64,000 nucleotides of DNA from Candidatus Eiseniibacteriota bacterium (GTDB taxonomy: Bacteria > Eisenbacteria > RBG-16-71-46). The stretch's first letter is position 1. Every line of letters starts with the position of its first letter. Made by a program: the position numbers and the translations under genes. The notes below the pieces were generated by a model that did no database searches, had not been told where the DNA came from, and saw only the letters and a program-made list of their open reading frames with translations. The DNA is taken from positions 605 through 64,604 of the forward strand of contig CAVUWA010000004.1 in NCBI GenBank assembly GCA_963744995.1, in the 5' to 3' direction. This document shows, one piece after another, positions 58,159-64,000 of the stretch.

Positions 58159-60558
58159 TCAGAACGACGTACCGAGGAAGAAGCGCACGCTGCGCGGCGC
58201 GCCGATCAGGCGCGGATCGTGGACCGGCCGCCAGCCGGGCAGCCCGTCGCCGTTACCGTCGTTCCAGTAGGCGCCGCCACCCATGCCCGTCTCCTCGCGG
58301 TACGCGCCGTAGTCGTCGTAGAGCGTGTTGATCACCGTGTTCGGATAACCGTCCACCGAGGCGCTGCGCTCGTTGCGTCGGTCGAACACGTTCATCACGT
58401 CGAGCCCGAGGGTCCACGCCCCGCGCAACGCGTCCGGCGACCAGCGCAGCGCGAGCGCGCTCGACTCTTCCCAGGACAGCCGGCGGGAGTTGGTTCTGGA
58501 GTCGTCCGCCTCGAGCGTGCGCCGCTCGGCAGGGGTCCACGGCAGCGGCGAACCCACGAGAGTGGACCAGGCGGCCGACCACGTGCCGCGCTGCAGGAGC
58601 CAGGCGAGCGAGAACGTGTGACGCCGATCCCAGTCGAGCGGGTGCTGGGAGATGTTGCCCGGCCGCCACAGAAGCATGCTCCCATAGGGAACGCCTTCGG
58701 CGCTCGAGAAGGTCCCGCGGGCGTCCATCCACGTGTAGTGCGCTTCGAGCCGGCCCCATGAGCCGGGGTCGGCGATGACGCTCAACTCCACGCCCGAGAC
58801 GCCGGCCTCGCCGTCGTCTTCGTAGACGAGCTGCGCAATGGAGATGCCCGGCCGCATGTTGCGGGGCACGATCACCCCGTACAGATCGCGATAGAACAGC
58901 GCCGCCTGTGCCGACCACGTCGCGTCGATCCGGTGCTTGAGCGCGGCCTGCCACGAAATCGCGGTGGCGGGTTCGAGCGCCGGATTGCCGATCGGCTGCC
59001 GGTTCGAAATCTTCAGCCGGTTGTCGTAGAGGAAGTCACGCGGCGGTGCCTGCCGGATCCGCACGTAGGAGAGCGAGAACGCGTCCCTGTCGCTCATCGG
59101 ATAGGCGATGCCGAGCCGCGGCGACCACGTCCAGACGCCGTGCGCGGGGGCGGGCAGCGACTGCTCCTCGGCCTGGGGGCCGGCGGTGAAGTACTCGAGC
59201 CGCAGTCCTCCATTCGCAACGAAGCCCTCGAAGGCCCAGTGCAGGTGGGCGTAGGCGAAACCGCCGGGCGCCCACGCGTGATAGGAGCGCAGCGAGTCGA
59301 GTCCGAGGCCGCGCAGCGAGAGGTCGACCGCGCGCAGGGCGACCTCGTCGTAGCGGAGGCCCGCGCCGGCCCTGAGCGTGGCGCGCCCCCTGCGGCGCTC
59401 GGTCCAGGCGTACGCCTGCAGGGTCTGGCTCCACGCCTTGCGGAAGTAGGGCTCGTCGCCGAGGTAGACGTAGAACGGCTCGCTGTCCGCCGAATCCTCG
59501 AAGCCGAAGACCGGTGCGCGGCTCCTGGTGAGATAGGACTCGTCATCGCGGCCGCCGGGCGAGGTCAGGGCGCGCGTCCGCGACCAGCCGATGCTGAAGC
59601 CCTCCCGGCCCCGCTCCGGGTAGCGGAGCACGGACAGGATCGCGGTCAGGCGGCGATCGTCGGTGACGTCGAGGTGATCCGCGGCGCGGTAGCGCGTGTA
59701 GCCCGGCGCCGGGGTGTCGCGGAGCTGCGGGCCGTAGATGCATAACGGATCGTCGCAGCGGGCGGTCCAGCCGTCGATGTTCCACGCCGGGTCGTAGGGT
59801 TGGGAAAGGCGTCGCATCCCGATCAGCTCGAGCGACGCGCCCGCTCCGGGCCGCGTGGTCGCGATGCGGACGTCGCCGAGCAGACGGTTCTCCGCCCGCC
59901 AGCCGAACGACATGCCGAGCAGCCGGTGGCGACCGTTCGAGCGCAGCGACGGCAGCCAGGTGTCGTCGAGCGTGACGTCGGCGGCGGCCGCCACGCCGAG
60001 GCCGCTGCGCAGGATGGGCCCGGCGAACCACCCCGCGAAGCGATCGAACCCGGTCGCGCCGGCATCACTGTGCCACTCCGCGGCGCCCGTGGGCCGCCCG
60101 TCCGGGCGCCGGGTCTGGATCGCCACCGTGCCCGCCAGCGCCCCGCCGACGTCGGCGTCCATGCCCCCGCTCAGAAGCTCGGCCGAGACGATGGCGCCGA
60201 GCGGCAGCTCCGGCGCGCCGCCCCGGAACGGCTCGTTGAGGACGATCCCATCCAGCGTGGTCTCGAGCTCGCCGGCGCGCCCGCCGCGCACGTGCAGGTC
60301 CTCGCCGCGGGCGACCACGCCGGCCTCCAACGCGAGGCGCTGCTGGAGCCGGTCGATGGGCAGGCGCTCCAGAGACTCCTTCACGACGCGGTACGTCGTC
60401 TCGGTGGATGCCGGATCGCCGAATGGCTCGGCGTGGACTTCGACGGGCTCGAACGTGCGGACCACGCGTGAGGAGTCCGCGCGCGACGTGTCGGCGGGGG
60501 ACGATGCGGGAGGGACGCTGAGAACGATGGACGCCAGCAGAGCGGCGTGAACGGCCAT
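58159..60558 (-). CDS. TonB-dependent outer-membrane receptor
   Basis: RBS GGAGGA. Signal peptide [20 protein letters not shown]. Plug region (EPVEVHAE..., [13 protein letters not shown]...G.). A long beta-barrel ends with the terminal aromatic ...[11 protein letters not shown]. Confidence 0.75.
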   Translation of the reverse strand: MAVHAALLASIVLSVPPASSPADTSRADSSRVVRTFEPVEVHAEPFGDPASTETTYRVVKESLERLPIDRLQQRLALEAGVVARGEDLHVRGGRAGELETTLDGIVLNEPFRGGAPELPLGAIVSAELLSGGMDADVGGALAGTVAIQTRRPDGRPTGAAEWHSDAGATGFDRFAGWFAGPILRSGLGVAAAADVTLDDTWLPSLRSNGRHRLLGMSFGWRAENRLLGDVRIATTRPGAGASLELIGMRRLSQPYDPAWNIDGWTARCDDPLCIYGPQLRDTPAPGYTRYRAADHLDVTDDRRLTAILSVLRYPERGREGFSIGWSRTRALTSPGGRDDESYLTRSRAPVFGFEDSADSEPFYVYLGDEPYFRKAWSQTLQAYAWTERRRGRATLRAGAGLRYDEVALRAVDLSLRGLGLDSLRSYHAWAPGGFAYAHLHWAFEGFVANGGLRLEYFTAGPQAEEQSLPAPAHGVWTWSPRLGIAYPMSDRDAFSLSYVRIRQAPPRDFLYDNRLKISNRQPIGNPALEPATAISWQAALKHRIDATWSAQAALFYRDLYGVIVPRNMRPGISIAQLVYEDDGEAGVSGVELSVIADPGSWGRLEAHYTWMDARGTFSSAEGVPYGSMLLWRPGNISQHPLDWDRRHTFSLAWLLQRGTWSAAWSTLVGSPLPWTPAERRTLEADDSRTNSRRLSWEESSALALRWSPDALRGAWTLGLDVMNVFDRRNERSASVDGYPNTVINTLYDDYGAYREETGMGGGAYWNDGNGDGLPGWRPVHDPRLIGAPRSVRFFLGTSF

Positions 60559-60752
60559 GGCCGGTCCTCCAGCCCGGTCGGCGGGTCGGGTGCGGGGACG
60601 GCGAACCGGGACAGCATAGAAGTCCCGGCAGTGCCCGTCGAGTCCGTTCTGGCCGCGGGCCGCGGGCATGCCGAAAGGGCGCTGACGAAACGGCGTCCGG
60701 CTGGTACGCTGCGCGCTGCCTCCCACGCATCCGCTCCGTCCATGGAGGGACA

Positions 60753-62333
60753 TTGGTCGAGTCGCAGCCGTCGCTGTTCCACGCCGCCGCCTACACCGAT
60801 CCGCAGCAGGTGCTCGAGTCGATCTTCGGCTACCGCGCCTTCCGGCCCGGGCAGCGCGAGATCATCGACGCCGTGCTCGCCGGGCGCGACTGCATCGGCG
60901 TGATGCCCACCGGCGCCGGCAAGTCGCTCACCTACCAGCTTCCGGCGCGCATGCTGCCGGGCCCGGTGCTGGTGATCTCGCCGCTGATCTCGCTGATGAA
61001 GGATCAGGTGGACGCGCTCGTGCGGCTCGGCTTCAAGGCCACCGTGCTCAACTCGACGATCGAGTTCGAGGAGCGGCGCCGGCGTCTCGGTGAGCTCAGG
61101 CGCGGCGAAATCGAGCTGGTCTACGTCGCGCCCGAAGGCCTCGATGGCGGCCTGCGCGCGATCATCGGCGAGTGCAACGTGAGCCTCGTGGTGGTGGACG
61201 AGGCGCACTGCATCAGCCACTGGGGCCACGACTTCCGCCCGTCGTATCGCAATCTGCGCGAGCTCAAATCCCGGTTCGGCGACGTGCCGGTGCTGGCGCT
61301 CACCGCGACCGCGACGCGGCGCGTGGCCGGCGACATCATCCGCCAGCTCGGCATGAGGAAGCCGGCCGGCTTCAAGGGCTCGTTCTTCCGCCCGAACCTG
61401 CTCATCACCGCCCACCGCAAGGGCGGTGGCGACAAGGGGCCGAAGCGCAACACGCGCCGCGACATCCTCGGCATCGTGCGGCGCCACGCGGGGGAGAGCG
61501 GCATCGTCTACTGCATGAGCCGTCGCGCGGTGGAGAGCCTCGCCGACTGGCTCACGCAGCAGGGCGTGCGCGCGGTGCCGTATCACGCGGGGCTGTCCGA
61601 CGACGCGCGGATGCGCCACCAGGACGCCTTCGCCCGCGACGAGGTGGACGTGGTCGTCGCCACCGTCGCGTTCGGCATGGGAATCGACAAGAGCAACGTG
61701 CGCTACGTCGTCCACCGCGACATGCCGAAGAGCATCGAGGCCTGGTACCAGGAGATCGGCCGCGCCGGCCGCGACGGCCTGCCGAGCGACTGCGTGCTGT
61801 TCTACTCGTGGGCCGACGTGATCGGCTATGACGGATTCCTGAACTCGATCGACGATCCGGCGCTGCGCGAGGAGACGCGACGGAAGACGGTCGAGCTGTT
61901 CCGGCTCGTGGACCGGGGCGGCTGCCGCCACCAGAAACTGGTCGGCTACCTCGACGAAACGATCGAGCCGTGCGGCAGCGCCTGCGACGTGTGCCTCGGG
62001 CAGGGGATCGAGGCGTTGGTCGGCGCGGCTCCGGTGGTGCGCGGGCGAACCCGCGGCGCGGCCGCGGTGCTCGGCGCGGAGGCCGATCCCGAGCTGTTCG
62101 AGCGCCTGCGCGCGCTGCGCAAATCGCTCGCCGACGCGGAGGGGGTTCCAGCGTACATCGTGTTCAGCGACGTCGTGCTCCGGCAGATGGCCGAAGAGAA
62201 ACCGCGCTCCAGCGAAGGACTGCTGGCGCTCTCGGGGGTGGGGCCGGTGAAGCTCGAGCGCTACGGCGAGGCATTTCTGAAAGTATTGCGCGAGGCGGAT
62301 GCGCCCGCGGGCGGGCCGGGGGCCGGCGCGTGA
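60753..62333 (+). CDS. recQ: ATP-dependent DNA helicase RecQ (TTG start)
   Basis: Helicase motifs [100 protein letters not shown]. Zn-binding/RQC region CGGCDVC. HRDC-like C-terminus. Confidence 0.9.
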   Translation: MVESQPSLFHAAAYTDPQQVLESIFGYRAFRPGQREIIDAVLAGRDCIGVMPTGAGKSLTYQLPARMLPGPVLVISPLISLMKDQVDALVRLGFKATVLNSTIEFEERRRRLGELRRGEIELVYVAPEGLDGGLRAIIGECNVSLVVVDEAHCISHWGHDFRPSYRNLRELKSRFGDVPVLALTATATRRVAGDIIRQLGMRKPAGFKGSFFRPNLLITAHRKGGGDKGPKRNTRRDILGIVRRHAGESGIVYCMSRRAVESLADWLTQQGVRAVPYHAGLSDDARMRHQDAFARDEVDVVVATVAFGMGIDKSNVRYVVHRDMPKSIEAWYQEIGRAGRDGLPSDCVLFYSWADVIGYDGFLNSIDDPALREETRRKTVELFRLVDRGGCRHQKLVGYLDETIEPCGSACDVCLGQGIEALVGAAPVVRGRTRGAAAVLGAEADPELFERLRALRKSLADAEGVPAYIVFSDVVLRQMAEEKPRSSEGLLALSGVGPVKLERYGEAFLKVLREADAPAGGPGAGA

Positions 62334-62401
62334 GGCGCCGCGAGCGGCGGCTCGGGCTCGGGGCCGTCCCACGGCGCCGGGGCAACGGGTCCTGCGCGGT
62401 C

Positions 62402-63022
62402 GTGCCGCGGGGCGCCGATGGAAGCGGCCGCGGGCGGGGCACGCGGGCGGCAAACGCCGCGCGGCTCCTGCTGGTGTGCACTGGCTTCGCGCTCTCGACC
62501 GTCTCCTGCGCGACGCTGCGCGAGTTCGCCGCGCTGCGCGACGTGCAGTTTCGTTTCGATCGTGTCTCGGGCGTGTCGCTCGCGGGGATCCCGATCGGGC
62601 CCGACGCGGACTACGGCTCGATCGGTGTCGCAAACCTCGCGCGGCTTGCGTCCGAGGTCGCCGAGGGGCGCGTGCCGCTCGAGGTGACCGCGCACGTGGC
62701 GGCGACGAACCCGGCGGACAACTCGGTTACCGCACGCATGGTCTCGATGGGCTGGACGCTGTTCGTCGACGACAAGCGGACCGTGTCGGGCACGGTGTCC
62801 GATCCGGTGGCGATCGCCCCCGGGGCGACGGCGGACGTCCCGGTCGCGGTGGCGCTCGACCTGGTCGAGTTCTGGCAGGGCGGCGCCCGCGAGCTGTTCG
62901 ACGTCGCCCGCGGCATCGCCGGCGGCAGCGCCGCCAGGCCCCTGCGGCTCGAACTGACGCCGACGATCGAAACTTCGCTCGGACCGATTTCCTATCCGCA
63001 GCCGATCGTGGTGCGGAGGTAA
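62402..63022 (+). CDS. WHy/LEA14-like (LEA_2) domain lipoprotein (start uncertain: GTG 62402, or GTG 62330 overlapping the recQ stop)
   Basis: Signal/lipobox-like AARLLLVCTGFALSTVSCATL. LEA_2-like body (..GIPIGPDADYGSIGVANLARLASEVAEGRVPLEVTAHVAATNPADNSVTARMVSMGWTLFVDDKRTVSGTVSD...). Confidence 0.5.
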   Translation: MPRGADGSGRGRGTRAANAARLLLVCTGFALSTVSCATLREFAALRDVQFRFDRVSGVSLAGIPIGPDADYGSIGVANLARLASEVAEGRVPLEVTAHVAATNPADNSVTARMVSMGWTLFVDDKRTVSGTVSDPVAIAPGATADVPVAVALDLVEFWQGGARELFDVARGIAGGSAARPLRLELTPTIETSLGPISYPQPIVVRR

Positions 63023-63308
63023 GGCAGCGCCGGGTCCTGATCCGTGTTCCGGTCCGGGTCGCGTCGTGCGTGCCGCCATCTTCTGCTTGACGCGATTTCC
63101 GAGCATGCTTCCGGCACTTCCGTGCGGCACCCCACGCGTCGCGTCGTTGCGCCCTCGATGCGCCGATGGCGCACGAACGCGCACGAACTGAATTTCGTGC
63201 GATCGCGGGGTGCGATCGGCGCGCTGCGTGGATCTGCGGGCATCGAAAACCGGTGTGCTATGAAAGGCGTGCGCTCCCGCGCGATCCGCCCCCGCGGAGT
63301 GAAGTCCG

Positions 63309-64000
63309 ATGCGCGTGCGTTCGTTGATGCATCTGAGCAACGGGGTCCTGCTCTCGAAGCTGGACCGGGCCGAAGCCCGAGATCGCACCGGCACGGTCGA
63401 GTTGCTCGGCTATCTCGCCGAGGTCGATCGCCGCAGGCTCTACGTTCCGGCCGGCTATTCGTCCATGTTCGTCTGGTGCGTGAAGGCCCGGAATTACTCG
63501 GAAGCCATGGCTTCGAAGCGAATCTACGCGGCCCGCGCGGTACGTCGCTTCCCGGTCATTCTCGACATGATCGCCGACGGCCGGTTGCATTTGACGGCAG
63601 TGGCGCTGCTGTCCAGGAAGCTCACCCCGGGCAATGCCAACGAACTGCTCGCAGCCGCCACCCACCGGAGCAGGCGGGAGATCGAGATCATGCTCGCTGA
63701 ACGCTTCCCGCAGCGCGACGTCGCGACCCGCGTGCGAGCCCTTCCGCCGGCCAGTTCTTTACCGTCCCCGGGGACGGTAAAAATCTGTGCAGCGGATGCG
63801 CAGAGCGCTGCGCCTTCGTGCGAGCGCGAAGGGGCGCCGAGCGCCACCGAAGCGCTCGCGCCGACGGCTGGCGCGTGCCGGCCATCTGCTGCCGTGGAGC
63901 GGCCCGTTTCGGCGCCGGCACCGCCGGCGATGCACTCGCGCCTCGCGCCGCTTGCGCCCGGGCGATTCAGCATTCAGTTCACGATGGACGAGGCCATGCA
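63309..64000 (+). CDS. DUF222-domain protein, N-terminal part (family usually carries a C-terminal HNH nuclease); truncated by window end; not in the ORF track
   Basis: Hand translation from ATG 63309 (RBS GGAG 9 nt upstream) stays open to the window end: MRVRSLMHLSNGVLLSKLDRAEARDRTGTVELLGYLAEVDRRRLYVPAGYSSMFVWCVKARNYSEAMASKRIYAARAVRRFPVILDMIADGRLHLTAVALLSRKLTPGNANELLAAATHRSRREIEIMLAERFP... This matches the DUF222 N-terminal domain. Confidence 0.55.
   Translation, partial: MRVRSLMHLSNGVLLSKLDRAEARDRTGTVELLGYLAEVDRRRLYVPAGYSSMFVWCVKARNYSEAMASKRIYAARAVRRFPVILDMIADGRLHLTAVALLSRKLTPGNANELLAAATHRSRREIEIMLAERFPQRDVATRVRALPPASSLPSPGTVKICAADAQSAAPSCEREGAPSATEALAPTAGACRPSAAVERPVSAPAPPAMHSRLAPLAPGRFSIQFTMDEAM

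Noticed and set aside
60559-60752. Possible cobalamin riboswitch upstream of the TonB-dependent receptor gene
   Set aside because: Only a weak resemblance to the B12 box (GGCACTGCC). No other conserved riboswitch elements could be recognised by eye. It would need a covariance-model scan, such as Rfam RF00174, to reconsider.
62418-62687. MEAAAGG… ORF as the start of the gene after recQ
   Set aside because: It is in a different frame from the LEA_2-like body and signal peptide, which read in the frame of 61970-63022. A GTG at 62402 or 62330 fits better.
1-64000. CRISPR arrays, tRNA, rRNA and mobile-element genes
   Set aside because: No short regularly spaced direct repeats and no T-loop/acceptor-stem combinations were found. 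A TTCGA-containing stretch near 52560-52580 lacks complementary stems. There are no transposase or integrase motifs.

Overview
The window is a 64 kb, very GC-rich (~70 %) bacterial chromosomal segment. Coding density is high, Shine-Dalgarno sites are strong (GGAGG-type), and GTG/TTG starts and 4-nt start/stop overlaps (ATGA, GTGA) are common. It looks like a Gemmatimonadota-like or other FCB-group MAG, though the lineage cannot be proven from sequence. I found no rRNA, tRNA, CRISPR array, transposase or integrase. Because of the GC content, most long listed ORFs are antisense or off-frame artefacts. Real genes were called from recognisable motifs and domain logic. The ORF track omits ORFs that run off the window edge, so a partial DUF222/HNH-type gene at 63309-64000 was found only by hand translation.

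The main content:
- **Secretome island (about 1-32 kb, plus outliers at 46.8 kb and 56.3 kb).** Genes here encode signal-peptide proteins ending in a ~80-aa Por/T9SS-type C-terminal sorting domain (the ...NPF...GVYF.RLE......K.V..R tail). Cargo includes an astacin (M12A) protease, a metzincin-like protein whose catalytic Glu is replaced by Lys, an M4 thermolysin-like protease, an animal-type haem peroxidase, a BNR/Asp-box protein, an EEP-family nuclease/phosphatase, a LamG/Big_2 protein, two tandem paralogous beta-propeller-like proteins and several hypotheticals.
- **Candidate regulatory module (12.0-16.3 kb).** A membrane-anchored TPR-CHAT (caspase-like) protein sits directly upstream, on the same strand, of an ECF sigma factor and a zinc-finger (ZAS) anti-sigma factor. 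The two paralogous cargo genes follow. Their 5' leaders are conserved and carry a 7-3-7 palindrome, and they share a ~630-bp near-identical gene-conversion tract.
- **Ordinary metabolism (32-64 kb).** A SAM methyltransferase, an alpha/beta hydrolase, a PAS-GGDEF-EAL protein, gdhA, lemA-DUF2207, an MBL hydrolase, a Tat-dependent molybdo-oxidoreductase (2Fe-2S plus Mo subunits), a Gfo/Idh/MocA oxidoreductase, an 895-aa coiled-coil protein, a cytochrome P450, a cold-shock protein, an aldo-keto reductase, a di-haem cytochrome c plus Haem_bd protein, Hsp20, a TonB-dependent receptor, recQ and a WHy/LEA lipoprotein.

Many genes show isolated single-base reading-frame shifts while their motifs remain intact. 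These shifts are densest in the first 9.5 kb. Indel errors in the assembly are at least as likely as real pseudogenisation.
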